Origin: Candidatus Saganbacteria bacterium
GTDB taxonomy: Bacteria > Margulisbacteria > WOR-1 > JAKLHX01
Assembly: GCA_026387835.1 (NCBI GenBank)
Contig: JAPLKZ010000005.1
Span: 120,001 to 152,000, forward strand
Length of the DNA stretch: 32,000 nucleotides
Reading direction: 5' to 3'
In this document: positions 1-8,802 of the stretch, in pieces
Layout of the letters: each line of letters begins with the position of its first letter
Numbering within the stretch: position 1 is the first letter of the stretch
Notes under the pieces: generated by a model
What the model saw: the letters and a program-made list of their open reading frames with translations, nothing else
Database searches by the model: none
Told to the model about the DNA's origin: nothing
Translations under genes and position numbers: made by a program

Positions 1-2
1 CT

Positions 3-191
3 GTTAAATACATGCTCGAGAACTATTTCATCGCGGATATACCGATCATCCTGGCTGCGATAGACCCGTGTTTCTCGTGCGCTGACAGGATGGTCAGGGT
101 CGCGGAACCCGATCACGAGCATGTGATGACATGGGAGGCACTGAGCAAATTCGGAATAGAATGGTACAAGAAAAATGGAAATAATATTTAA
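3..191 (+). CDS. C-terminal fragment of a group 4 (Mbh/Ech/Hyc-type) [NiFe]-hydrogenase large subunit; the 5' end lies outside the window
   Basis: Frame-3 translation reads VKYMLENYFIADIPIILAAIDPCFSCADRMVRVAEPDHEHVMTWEALSKFGIEWYKKNGNNI*. DPCxxCxxR is the C-terminal Ni-ligating Cys motif of NuoD-like hydrogenase large subunits and is absent from true NuoD. The TAA at 189-191 overlaps the next gene by 17 nt. It is missing from the ORF track because no start codon lies in the window. Confidence 0.7.
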   Translation, partial: VKYMLENYFIADIPIILAAIDPCFSCADRMVRVAEPDHEHVMTWEALSKFGIEWYKKNGNNI

Positions 192-1110
192 ATTATTCTA
201 TCTTCTGATATTCCCGGGATTTTTATTCCTGGTATTTTACGGTCTTTTCCTTGAATGGATCGACCGAAAGCTTCTGGCAAAATTCCAGAACCGCGTGGGG
301 CCTCCGTGGTTCCAGCCTGTCGCGGATTTCATAAAGCTTTTCGCGAAAGAAGATACTGTGCCGGCTAAGGCCGACAGGGCAATGTTCGCTCTCGCGCCGG
401 TATTTGCTCTCGCGGCGGTATTGACCACAATTGCTTTTATCCCGGTCATTGTCCCGGCGTTATATTCTTTTCCCGGGGATATAGTCGTGATCGCCTATCT
501 TTTAATGGTCCCGACATTTGGCCTGTTCCTGGGCGGCTGGTACTCGGCAAATTATTTTGCTTCCATAGGAGCCGTGAGAACGACTCTCCTGTTATTTTCG
601 TATGAAGTCCCGCTTTTAATGGCACTGCTCGGGCCCGCGATCCTTGCAGGGTCATGGAGCATCGAAGGTGTGATCGCTTTTCAGGCGGCCCATCCCTGGA
701 TCATACTCTATCAGCCTCTTGGCTTCATCGTTGTGCTGGTGTCTATTGTCGGCAAGCTCGAAAGGATCCCGTTCGACATACCGGAAGCCGAGACCGAGAT
801 AGTCGAAGGTCCGCTTTGCGAATACTCAGGAAAGAAGCTCGCTCTTTACAGGCTGATGTTCGATGTAGAGACTGTGATAGGAGCTTCGCTTATCAGCATA
901 TTCTATCTGGGCGGTTTTTACGGCGCGAACATCCTGTTGACAGCGGCAATATTTCTTGTAAAGACCTTGGTCGTCCTATTCATGATATCCCTGGCAAAAG
1001 CCGTATTCGGAAGGATCAGGATAGACCAGATGATAGAGTTCTGCTGGAAGATCCTGATGCCCACAGCGATACTCCAGTTTTTGCTGATAATAATAGCGAG
1101 ATTGTGGTAG
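175..1110 (+). CDS. NuoH/HycD/MbhM-like integral membrane subunit of the energy-converting hydrogenase
   Basis: 311 aa and polytopic. The motif DRKLLAKFQNRVGPPWFQPVADFIKLFAKED is the complex I subunit 1 family signature. The gene overlaps the hydrogenase large-subunit stop. Confidence 0.85.
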   Translation: MEIIFKLFYLLIFPGFLFLVFYGLFLEWIDRKLLAKFQNRVGPPWFQPVADFIKLFAKEDTVPAKADRAMFALAPVFALAAVLTTIAFIPVIVPALYSFPGDIVVIAYLLMVPTFGLFLGGWYSANYFASIGAVRTTLLLFSYEVPLLMALLGPAILAGSWSIEGVIAFQAAHPWIILYQPLGFIVVLVSIVGKLERIPFDIPEAETEIVEGPLCEYSGKKLALYRLMFDVETVIGASLISIFYLGGFYGANILLTAAIFLVKTLVVLFMISLAKAVFGRIRIDQMIEFCWKILMPTAILQFLLIIIARLW

Positions 1111-1119
1111 GAGAAAAAA

Positions 1120-1500
1120 ATGCTTGGAGCTTTGATACCTGAATCAATAAGACAGCTTTTTAAGAAGGCCGCGACAAACATGTATCCTGCGGAACAATTT
1201 GCGACGCCGGCTGACTTTCGGGGTAAGCTTGTCGCTGACATAAAGAAATGCATCGGCTGCAAACTTTGCATGCGGGACTGCTCCGCGCAGGCGATAGAAG
1301 TCATAGACGTAACGCCTCCTCCGCCGCCGGAAGCTCAGGAAAAACAGAAGAAGAAATTTAAGCTTAACATCTATCTTGACCGTTGCGTCTATTGCGGCCA
1401 ATGCATGGAGAATTGCCCGACAGACACCCTTTCGATGGAGTCAACGCACGATCTTGCCTCTTATGACAGGGCATCGTTGAAGACTGAATACGAGTTTTAG
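1120..1500 (+). CDS. NuoI/MbhN-like 2x[4Fe-4S] ferredoxin subunit
   Basis: Two cluster motifs are present, CIGCKLCMRDC and CVYCGQCMENCP. A GGAG-rich sequence lies upstream. The order large subunit, NuoH-like, NuoI-like matches mbhL-M-N. Confidence 0.8.
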   Translation: MLGALIPESIRQLFKKAATNMYPAEQFATPADFRGKLVADIKKCIGCKLCMRDCSAQAIEVIDVTPPPPPEAQEKQKKKFKLNIYLDRCVYCGQCMENCPTDTLSMESTHDLASYDRASLKTEYEF

Positions 1501-1501
1501 T

Positions 1502-2857
1502 CTATCTTCTCTTATCCGGTGAAAGGTATTTCTTGCGGGTCGTGACGTTCTTGTAGGCCGGCCGTATTATGCGCTTTGATACCATCAGTTCCTCTATCCT
1601 GTGCGCCATCCAGCCGGAGATGCGCGCCATGGCGAACAGCGGAGTGTAAAGGTCCTGCGAGATGCCGAGGCAGTTGTACACAAAGCCGGAGAAAAAATCG
1701 ACATTAGGAGCGATTATCTTAGTATTCTGTTTTACCTCAAGGAAGGTCTGCGGGACCAGCTCTTCCATGTTCAGATACAGCTGTAATTCCTGCTCGTGTC
1801 CTTTTTCCTGGGCGAGGCGGATGGCGTACTCTTTCAATATTACTGCTCTCGGGTCCGATTTTGTGTAGACGGCATGCCCGAAACCGTAGATCTTCCCGCT
1901 CCTGTCCCCGACTTCGCAGCGCATCAATTTCGCGATGTAATTTTTCAGCTCTTCCTTGTTCGTCCAGTCCTTGACGTTCTTCTTGATATCTTCCATCATC
2001 GTCATCACGCTCAGGTTGGCGCCGCCGTGCAGAGGCCCTTTCAGGGACGCGATCGCTCCGGATATAGAGGAATAAGCGTCTGTCCCCGAAGACGAGGTGA
2101 CCCTGGTGGCAAAAGTCGAATTGTTCCCGCCCCCGTGGTCCGCGTGGAGCATAAGCATCACGTCAAGCACCTGGGCTTCCGTCTTGGTGAAGTGGTGGTC
2201 TTTTCTCAGCATATGGAAAAAGTTCTCCGCCGTCATCAGGCCGTCGTTAGGGGGCTGGATGAACAGGGTCTCGTTATAGAATTTAGAGCGCATCGCGTGA
2301 TACGCGTGGACGATTATGACGGGGAACTTTGCTATTAAAGATATGGCCTGTTTTATCTGGTTATCGATCGACAGGCTGTCAGCATCCGGATCGGCACTGT
2401 AGAGCGCAAGAGTAGCCCTGGCCAGGCTGTTCATGATGTTTCGCGCCCTGAAGTTCAGTATGATATCTCTTGTGAAGTTCTCGGGCAGGTGCCTTTCTTT
2501 GACAAATAAATCGGTGAACTCCTTGAACTCCCTTTTTTTCGGGAGCTCGCCGAACAGAAGAAGATAGATGACTTCTTCAAAACCGAACCTGTCGTCCTGT
2601 TTTATGCCGTTGATGATATCGTTCACGTCTATTCCCCTGTATTCAAGGCGGCCTTCAACGGGGACGATATCCTCGTCGATCTTTTCGTAGCCTAAAACCG
2701 AGGCGATACGGGTCAATCCTACTAAAACGCCGCTGCCGTCCTCATTCCTCAGGCCCCTTTTTACGTTGTATTTTTTAAAAAGGTCCTGGCTGATATTATT
2801 GTTCTCATTGCATTTTTCATGCAGGCGCTGAATAAGGTCCTTCTTCTCATTTTCCAT
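1502..2857 (-). CDS. gltA: citrate synthase
   Basis: Motifs GFGHAVYTKSDPRA and LHADHGGGNNSTFA are present. I prefer the ATG at 2857 (MENEKKDLIQ...) over the TTG at 2887 given in the ORF track. Neither start has a clear SD. Confidence 0.9.
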   Translation of the reverse strand: MENEKKDLIQRLHEKCNENNNISQDLFKKYNVKRGLRNEDGSGVLVGLTRIASVLGYEKIDEDIVPVEGRLEYRGIDVNDIINGIKQDDRFGFEEVIYLLLFGELPKKREFKEFTDLFVKERHLPENFTRDIILNFRARNIMNSLARATLALYSADPDADSLSIDNQIKQAISLIAKFPVIIVHAYHAMRSKFYNETLFIQPPNDGLMTAENFFHMLRKDHHFTKTEAQVLDVMLMLHADHGGGNNSTFATRVTSSSGTDAYSSISGAIASLKGPLHGGANLSVMTMMEDIKKNVKDWTNKEELKNYIAKLMRCEVGDRSGKIYGFGHAVYTKSDPRAVILKEYAIRLAQEKGHEQELQLYLNMEELVPQTFLEVKQNTKIIAPNVDFFSGFVYNCLGISQDLYTPLFAMARISGWMAHRIEELMVSKRIIRPAYKNVTTRKKYLSPDKRR

Positions 2858-2880
2858 ATTTAAATAATACCATAACTTTG

Positions 2881-2909
2881 TTGACAATTAAAGAATATTT
2901 GTTATATTT
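2881..2909 (+). promoter_or_regulatory. sigma70-like promoter for the AI-2E transporter gene
   Basis: TTGACA at 2881-2886, a 16-17 nt spacer, then TATATT/ATATTT at 2903-2909. AAGGAG at 2946-2951 lies 6 nt before the ATG at 2958. Confidence 0.55.
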
Positions 2910-2957
2910 AACATAAGCAATAAGTCCTGATAGACAAAAATATCTAAGGAGACAACA

Positions 2958-4004
2958 ATGAACACAATGATCCATTTCCGCTGGAAGATGCTTCTGATAC
3001 CGGTAATAATATTGACGATCTTATATATGATGTACCGCGTGCCTAACACGATAGGGACATTCCTGATCGGTCTGATGATCTACCTTATATTAGACCCGCT
3101 GGTGGACGCGCTGGCAAAAAGATACAAATCAAGAGCCCTGATAACGTTAATAGTCTTCACACTGGTGTTGCTGTTGTTTGTCCTGTTCCTGGTCCCGCTG
3201 AACTATCTTGCCCAGGTGGAATTGCCGAAGTTCATAACTCAGACGCCGGTATATTTAGAGTCCTTTAAATCGATGATAAAAGCATTTGACAGTAAATTCG
3301 CGTTCCTTTCGCAGTTATTGGGGCTGGGATCGCAGGGGATATTTACTTTGATGTTCAAGAGCATGGCTTCACAAAACTTCGTAACGACGATAGCCTCGAA
3401 TTCAGCGGACCTTTTCATGAAGATCGCGACGATCTCTTTCGACTTTATCATGGGGCTGATAATAGCGGCTTATCTTATCATCGACGAGCCGAGGATACTT
3501 TCTTTCATAGAAAAGCACCTGCCGAAAAAACTGACACTGATCAACAGGGAAATGTGGCACGATATGCTGAGGTGCATCTCCGGATACTTCGGCGGGATAT
3601 TGTTGTTAGGTCTTATATTATTTGCATTGAGCTGGATAGGGCTTGCTGTTCTGAACGTCCCGTATGCCTTCATGCTTTCCGTATGGGCCGGGATGACGAT
3701 AATTATCCCCTATATCGGGCCGTTCGCCGGTTCTATACCAGCTGTAGCGGTCGCGCTAACGAATGGCATATGGCTCGGTACTATAGTTGCAGTGTTCATG
3801 ACGATACTGCAGTTCATCGTGACAAGCGTGGTCGGGCCAAAGGTCCTGGGAGAGATAATCGGGATACATCCTATCATTGTCATACTCGCTTTGATAATCG
3901 GGGGCGAGCTTGGCGGGCTTGTGGGCATGATCCTTGCGGTTCCGCTCACCAGTGTCATAGTCATCTTTTTAAGATACTACTGGCCGATGTTCATTGAGGA
4001 TTAG
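2958..4004 (+). CDS. AI-2E family (PerM/YhhT, UPF0118) transporter
   Basis: 348 aa with about 8 TM segments. The C-terminal pattern GEIIGIHPIIVILALIIGGELGGLVGMILAVPL is typical of the family. Confidence 0.7.
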   Translation: MNTMIHFRWKMLLIPVIILTILYMMYRVPNTIGTFLIGLMIYLILDPLVDALAKRYKSRALITLIVFTLVLLLFVLFLVPLNYLAQVELPKFITQTPVYLESFKSMIKAFDSKFAFLSQLLGLGSQGIFTLMFKSMASQNFVTTIASNSADLFMKIATISFDFIMGLIIAAYLIIDEPRILSFIEKHLPKKLTLINREMWHDMLRCISGYFGGILLLGLILFALSWIGLAVLNVPYAFMLSVWAGMTIIIPYIGPFAGSIPAVAVALTNGIWLGTIVAVFMTILQFIVTSVVGPKVLGEIIGIHPIIVILALIIGGELGGLVGMILAVPLTSVIVIFLRYYWPMFIED

Positions 4005-4010
4005 CTGTAA

Positions 4011-4064
4011 TATAACAACCCGGACCTGATATTCAGCAGGCAGAAGATAGTGATAAAGAAATAG
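4011..4064 (+). pseudogene. relic of the 3' end of a LysM-domain gene (a third barrel-LysM copy)
   Basis: It translates as YNNPDLIFSRQKIVIKK* and is closed upstream by an in-frame TAA at 4008-4010. By eye, 4027-4056 matches 15569-15598 (end of gene 14218..15606) at 29/30 nt. The last 12 nt match the end of gene 8824..10038 at 11/12. Confidence 0.75.
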
Positions 4065-4077
4065 ATAAAAATATTTC

Positions 4078-4105
4078 TTGACAATCAAAGCCTTTCTATT
4101 ATAAT
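4078..4105 (+). promoter_or_regulatory. sigma70-like promoter for module A
   Basis: TTGACA at 4078-4083, a 16 nt spacer, then TATAAT at 4100-4105. AGGAG at 4139-4143 lies 6 nt before the TTG at 4150. Confidence 0.6.
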
Positions 4106-4149
4106 TAGAATATTATTTTTATATATATACAAAATACCAGGAGTTTTGC

Positions 4150-5001
4150 TTGAAGAACGATCAACACAATAAAGGCCTCAGAAATTATCTGTGCCGAAAA
4201 GTCATGAAGTTCACGGCTTTTATCGCGTTCATATCCATCATTTTATTTTCAGCGCAGCCGTCATTCGCGCTTGTGGCGGCGACTGGCGGAGCGATCACAT
4301 ATGACGGAGATTATACTGTCCACACTTTCACTCAAGAGGGCACGTTCCTTGTGACCGGCGGCACTTTGAGCTGCGAAGTGCTTGTTGTGGGCGGCGGAGG
4401 AGCAGGCGCATTCAACATAGGAGCAGTCGACGCAGGAGGCGGCGGAGGAGGCGGCGGTGTTATAGTATCAAATAAAAATTTAAGCGGTTCGTATGCCGTA
4501 ACAATAGGTTCCGGCGGCAGTGGTCCTTTTGATTTTCAAATTCATAACGGGTACCCTTCTTTTCTTGGTTCTTTAGTAACGGCAGAAGGCGGAGGCGGGG
4601 GTGCTTATTCAGGAGCAAATGGTGATCACGGCGGTTCAGGTGGCGGAGCTGCTTATACCATCAGCGATCCGGGAACAGGGGAAGCCGGTCAGGGATATGG
4701 CGGAGGCCATAATATAGATGGGAGTTCCTCCGCGTCTGCAGGAGGAGGCGGCGCGGGAGCAGCCGGTTCAGACGTGACTTCCGAGGCCGGTTCAAACGGA
4801 GGTAACGGAGTATTGTTCCATGGTACGTATTATGGAGGCGGAGGAGGCGGAGGCGGGGGATCTGGGGATGGTGGAATAGGCGGCAGTGGCGGAGGAGGTA
4901 ATGGAGGTAAGGGAGGTGGAGGTCCGGATGGTGGGGGATCAGACGCGACGCCTAATACAGGCGGAGGCGGCGGTGGTGATGGGTATTATGACAATCAGTG
5001 A
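4150..5001 (+). CDS. secreted glycine-rich domain protein
   Basis: The TTG start has a good SD; an alternative ATG lies at 4204. The signal peptide is [24 protein letters not shown]. It is followed by [35 protein letters not shown] and long poly-Gly tracts ending [15 protein letters not shown]. Confidence 0.7.
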   Translation: MKNDQHNKGLRNYLCRKVMKFTAFIAFISIILFSAQPSFALVAATGGAITYDGDYTVHTFTQEGTFLVTGGTLSCEVLVVGGGGAGAFNIGAVDAGGGGGGGGVIVSNKNLSGSYAVTIGSGGSGPFDFQIHNGYPSFLGSLVTAEGGGGGAYSGANGDHGGSGGGAAYTISDPGTGEAGQGYGGGHNIDGSSSASAGGGGAGAAGSDVTSEAGSNGGNGVLFHGTYYGGGGGGGGGSGDGGIGGSGGGGNGGKGGGGPDGGGSDATPNTGGGGGGDGYYDNQ

Positions 5002-5008
5002 TCATAAA

Positions 5009-7390
5009 ATGTTGAAATTAACAAACATATTTTTTAAAATTTTATGGGCCGCATTATTTTTAGTATATGCGCTTGCTCCTTTGTGCAGCGCAAACAACAG
5101 CGGCGGCTCGGGGATAGTGGTCATAAGATATTTGACCGATCAGCCTGCGACTACTTATGTTATCACGCCTGAAGCGGGAGCTAACGGAAGCATCAGCCCG
5201 GCTACAGCGCAGACAACTGATGAAGGAGGCAATATAACATTCACGTTCACTCCAAATACCGGTTACGGTGTTTCGCGCCTTCTTGTGGACGGTGTGGCGA
5301 CAGCGGTGGCGACAAGTTACACGTTCACGAATATTACCGCGAACCACACGATAGAAGCGGACTTTAGTCCTACGTTCATCTCAACCTGGGACACGAGAAA
5401 TACATCGACGGGCTCAAGCAACGATCATCAGATCACGCTCCCTCTATACAGCGGCGGAACATATAACTTCACGGTCAATTGGGGAGACGGAAGCAGCGAA
5501 ACGATCACCGCTTATGATCAACCTGGAGTTACTCATACTTATGCATCGACGGGCGTCTACACGCTCGAGGCCAGCGGAACGATCGAGGGATGGAGTTTTT
5601 ATAATGTCGGAGACAAATTAAAGATAACAAATATCAGCCAGTGGGGACCATTAAGACTAGGGAACGGCCCTTCCAACGACGGCGGTCATTTTGACGGAAC
5701 ATCCAATTTAAAGATAACGGCGACGGATGTTCTGGACCTGACAGGGACAACCAGTATGATCAATGCTTTTGCATCCAGCGGGATCGACACAGTTCCTTCT
5801 ATGAATAGTTGGGATGTGTCAAATGTGAATACTATGAGGGGTATGTTTTCCGGCGCAACGCTGTTCAATCAGGACATCGGGAGCTGGCATGTTGATAACG
5901 TTACGGATATGAGTTCTATGTTCACCAGCGCATCATCATTCAATCAGAACATAGTAAGCTGGGATGTCTCAAAGGTCACGGATATGAGCAATATGTTCTG
6001 CGGCGCAGCCTCATTCAACCAGAATATAGGGAGCTGGAATGTATCAAGCGTTGAGAGTATGTTGCAAATGTTCGCTTCTGCCACCTCATTCAACGGGAAC
6101 ATAGGCGACTGGGGAACAAAAACATCCAAAGTTGCTAATATGAGTTCTATGTTCCAAAACGAGCAGTTGTTCAACCAGAACATAGGAAGCTGGGATGTTT
6201 CGAGCGTTACTGATATGAACCATATGTTCTTTGGCGCGATACAATTCAACCAGAACATAGGTAACTGGGATGTGTCAAAAGTCACTAATATGAACGGCAT
6301 GTTCTATTATGCAACATCATTCAACGGGAATATAGGCAACTGGGGGTCTAAAGTATCAAAAGTTACGGATATGCAGCATATGTTCGATTCCGATACCTCA
6401 TTCAATCAGAACATCGGGAGCTGGGACGTCTCAATCGTTACAAATATGAGCGGTATGTTTAATGAAGTAACATTATCAACGGCTAATTACAATAATTTGT
6501 TGACGGGATGGGCCGGCCTGACACTGCATAACGGCGTAACTTTCGATGGAGGAAATTCCAAATATAATGGAGGAACCCCCGAAGCCGCACATACAGTTTT
6601 GACCGGAACTTATGGCTGGACAATAACCGACGGTGGAATAATAACATGGACGATCACACCTGAAGCCGGAGCAAACGGTACGATAAGTCCGAGCACAGCG
6701 ACAACAACGAATGAGGGCTCGTCTACGACGTTCACGTTCACTCCGAACGCCCATTACCATGTATCGCAGGTGCTAGTAGACGGGGTTGCGACAACAGCGG
6801 CGACCAGTTACACGTTCACGAACGTGAGCGCTAACCATACGATAGAAGCTGATTTTGCACAAACTACATGGATGATAACTCCGGAAGCCGGAGCTAACGG
6901 GACGATAAGTCCAAGCACAGCGACAACAACTAATGACGGATCGTCTACGACGTTCACGTTCACGCCGAGCGCACATTACCATGTATCACAGGTGCTAGTA
7001 GACGGGGTTGCGACAACAGCGGCGACCAGTTACACGTTCACGAACGTTACCGCGAACCACACGATAGAAGCGGGTTTCAGCCAAACCACATGGATGATAA
7101 CGCCGGAAGCTGGAGCTAACGGGAGCATCAGTCCCGCTACGGTACAAACGACGAACGAGGGTTCAACAACAACGTTCACGTTCACTCCGAACGCCCATTA
7201 CCATGTATCGCAGGTACTGGTGGACGGACAGGAGCTAACGGGAGCATCAGCCCTGCTACTGTGCAGACAACGAATGAGGGTTCAACAACAACGTTCACGT
7301 TCACGCCGAGCGCACATTACCATGTATCACAGGTACTGGTGGACGGAGTGGCGACGACGGCGGCGACCAGTTACACGTTCACGAATGTGA
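5009..7390 (+). CDS. module A giant surface protein, N-terminal part (BspA-like DUF285 LRR plus InlB-B-like repeats); the reading frame is lost after about 7228
   Basis: The real start is probably the ATG at 5009 ([30 protein letters not shown] signal peptide), not 4886. The [12 protein letters not shown] motif and about 10 [20 protein letters not shown] units (DUF285) span 5366-6637. Tandem TW(T/M)[12 protein letters not shown]...[11 protein letters not shown]...HTIEADF units begin at 6647. The last 54 codons are out-of-frame Arg-rich sequence. Confidence 0.75.
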   Translation: MLKLTNIFFKILWAALFLVYALAPLCSANNSGGSGIVVIRYLTDQPATTYVITPEAGANGSISPATAQTTDEGGNITFTFTPNTGYGVSRLLVDGVATAVATSYTFTNITANHTIEADFSPTFISTWDTRNTSTGSSNDHQITLPLYSGGTYNFTVNWGDGSSETITAYDQPGVTHTYASTGVYTLEASGTIEGWSFYNVGDKLKITNISQWGPLRLGNGPSNDGGHFDGTSNLKITATDVLDLTGTTSMINAFASSGIDTVPSMNSWDVSNVNTMRGMFSGATLFNQDIGSWHVDNVTDMSSMFTSASSFNQNIVSWDVSKVTDMSNMFCGAASFNQNIGSWNVSSVESMLQMFASATSFNGNIGDWGTKTSKVANMSSMFQNEQLFNQNIGSWDVSSVTDMNHMFFGAIQFNQNIGNWDVSKVTNMNGMFYYATSFNGNIGNWGSKVSKVTDMQHMFDSDTSFNQNIGSWDVSIVTNMSGMFNEVTLSTANYNNLLTGWAGLTLHNGVTFDGGNSKYNGGTPEAAHTVLTGTYGWTITDGGIITWTITPEAGANGTISPSTATTTNEGSSTTFTFTPNAHYHVSQVLVDGVATTAATSYTFTNVSANHTIEADFAQTTWMITPEAGANGTISPSTATTTNDGSSTTFTFTPSAHYHVSQVLVDGVATTAATSYTFTNVTANHTIEAGFSQTTWMITPEAGANGSISPATVQTTNEGSTTTFTFTPNAHYHVSQVLVDGQELTGASALLLCRQRMRVQQQRSRSRRAHITMYHRYWWTEWRRRRRPVTRSRM

Positions 7391-7653
7391 GCGCGAACCA
7401 TACTATAGAAGCGGATTTCAGCCAAACAACATGGATGATCACGCCGGAAGCAGGAGCCAACGGGAGCATCAGCCCTGCCACGGTACAGACTACGAATGAG
7501 GGTTCAACAACAACGTTCATGTTCACCCCGAACGCCAATTATCATATATCGCAGGTGCTTATTGACGGTGTAGCAACAACGGCAGCCACCAGTTACACGT
7601 TCACGAATGTGAGCGCTAACTATACGATAGAGGCGAATTTTGAGATAAATGCC
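6647..7653 (+). repeat. tandem 222-nt (74-aa) InlB-B-like repeat array with one truncated unit
   Basis: The unit-initial TGG (Trp) codon falls at 6647, 6869 and 7091, then at 7432. The last interval of 341 nt equals 222 + 119. A divergent unit starts at 7654. Confidence 0.85.
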
Positions 7654-8802
7654 TATCTGATAACCAGTGAAGCCGGTTCACATGGAACGGTCTCTCCGAG
7701 CGGAGAAACAAGCGTGAATTACGGAAACGACCAGCAATATCTAATAACACCGGAGGCCGGCTACAGCATATCGGATGTATTGGTAGATTCTGTCTCGCAG
7801 GGAAAGATCAGCAGTTATACGTTTACAAATGTCACTGCAAATCATTCAATTGAAGCGAGCTTTACCTCTTCGGCTATCACAGTGAACACGCCTGAAGCTG
7901 ATGCGTTCAGCGGAGTGACGACAACGGTGATCAAAGCCAACTGGAAAGCTAACGGGAATCCCGCGACAACGGAATATTATTGTGAGAATATTACAAAAGG
8001 AACAAACTCAGGCTGGATAACGGCATTTACATGGACATCGTCATCGCTTGAAGCAAGTACAATATACAACTTCCGCGTCAAGGCGAGGATCACTGCAACT
8101 GCTGAGAGCGGATGGGCGGCTCTCGGGACACAGGAGACAACAGCACAGGCTACGTCTGACGCGTCTATCGCAGGAGTCAGTCTAAAGGACGGAGATACCA
8201 TCTCAAGCACGCTGACGATAACAGTATCAATGACAGGAGAAAGCACAATAAGTTCTTCGTCACTGAGACCACAGGCAACGCTGGGAGGAGTGAAAAGTGT
8301 GTATGTTGACGGAGTCGCAGTAGCCTATGACATTATTTCTACAACATCCACGGCAGTGACACTGAAACTGCGCGACGCTCTTTCTGTCGGAACTCATACG
8401 GTCAGGGTAATAACTTATGATACCGCGGGGACTGAATATGTTTTAGAAAGGACCGGCTTATCCGTATCTTCTGGTGCTATCACAACAACGGGTCCTACAT
8501 TAGTATATCCAAACCCGTATGATCCTTTAGCCGGGAATCTCAAGATAACGTATTATCTTTCTGTTGATACAGGAACAACCATATATGTATTTGACACATC
8601 GGGAAGATTAGTATGGAAGAGCAGCTATGACAGCGGTACTAACGGAGGCAAGGCGGGATATAACGAAGTTCTCTGGAATGCAATCGATATGTTTGGCAGC
8701 CCGCTTGCAAGCGACACGTATTTCATCAACATAATAGAGCAGGGGACAGGGAGAGCGATAACGAAGGTGAAGCTTGTGGTATGGAAAGGCGGAGTGAGAT
8801 AG
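7261..8802 (+). CDS. module A giant surface protein, C-terminal part (InlB-B-like repeats, FN3-like, Ig-like, FlgD-Ig/T9SS-type CTD)
   Basis: Repeat homology in this frame already begins at 7228 ([12 protein letters not shown]...). The C-terminal roughly 390 aa is colinear with giant B. Confidence 0.8.
   Translation: MQTTNEGSTTTFTFTPSAHYHVSQVLVDGVATTAATSYTFTNVSANHTIEADFSQTTWMITPEAGANGSISPATVQTTNEGSTTTFMFTPNANYHISQVLIDGVATTAATSYTFTNVSANYTIEANFEINAYLITSEAGSHGTVSPSGETSVNYGNDQQYLITPEAGYSISDVLVDSVSQGKISSYTFTNVTANHSIEASFTSSAITVNTPEADAFSGVTTTVIKANWKANGNPATTEYYCENITKGTNSGWITAFTWTSSSLEASTIYNFRVKARITATAESGWAALGTQETTAQATSDASIAGVSLKDGDTISSTLTITVSMTGESTISSSSLRPQATLGGVKSVYVDGVAVAYDIISTTSTAVTLKLRDALSVGTHTVRVITYDTAGTEYVLERTGLSVSSGAITTTGPTLVYPNPYDPLAGNLKITYYLSVDTGTTIYVFDTSGRLVWKSSYDSGTNGGKAGYNEVLWNAIDMFGSPLASDTYFINIIEQGTGRAITKVKLVVWKGGVR

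Noticed and set aside
654-1142. A 162-aa alternative-frame ORF within the NuoH-like gene, and minus-strand ORFs at 237..655 and 918..1401.
   Set aside because: They overlap confidently assigned hydrogenase subunit genes, and their translations are Arg/Ser-rich without membrane or cofactor motifs.
2858-2887. The TTG at 2887 as the citrate synthase start (adding MSTKLWYYLN).
   Set aside because: The extension overlaps the divergent promoter hexamer and is not typical of citrate synthase N-termini. The ATG at 2857 is preferred, though neither start has a clear SD, so this remains uncertain.
4886-5008. An upstream extension of the giant A ORF ([22 protein letters not shown]...) overlapping the glycine-rich gene.
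   Set aside because: It is the +1 frame of a GGN-rich tract, so open by composition. The ATG at 5009 gives a canonical signal peptide.
7215-7235. Programmed ribosomal frameshifting as an explanation for the frame change in giant A.
   Set aside because: There is no slippery heptamer or obvious downstream stimulatory structure at GTGGACGGACAGGAG. The 103-nt shortfall relative to the 222-nt repeat period explains the shift as a deletion or collapse.
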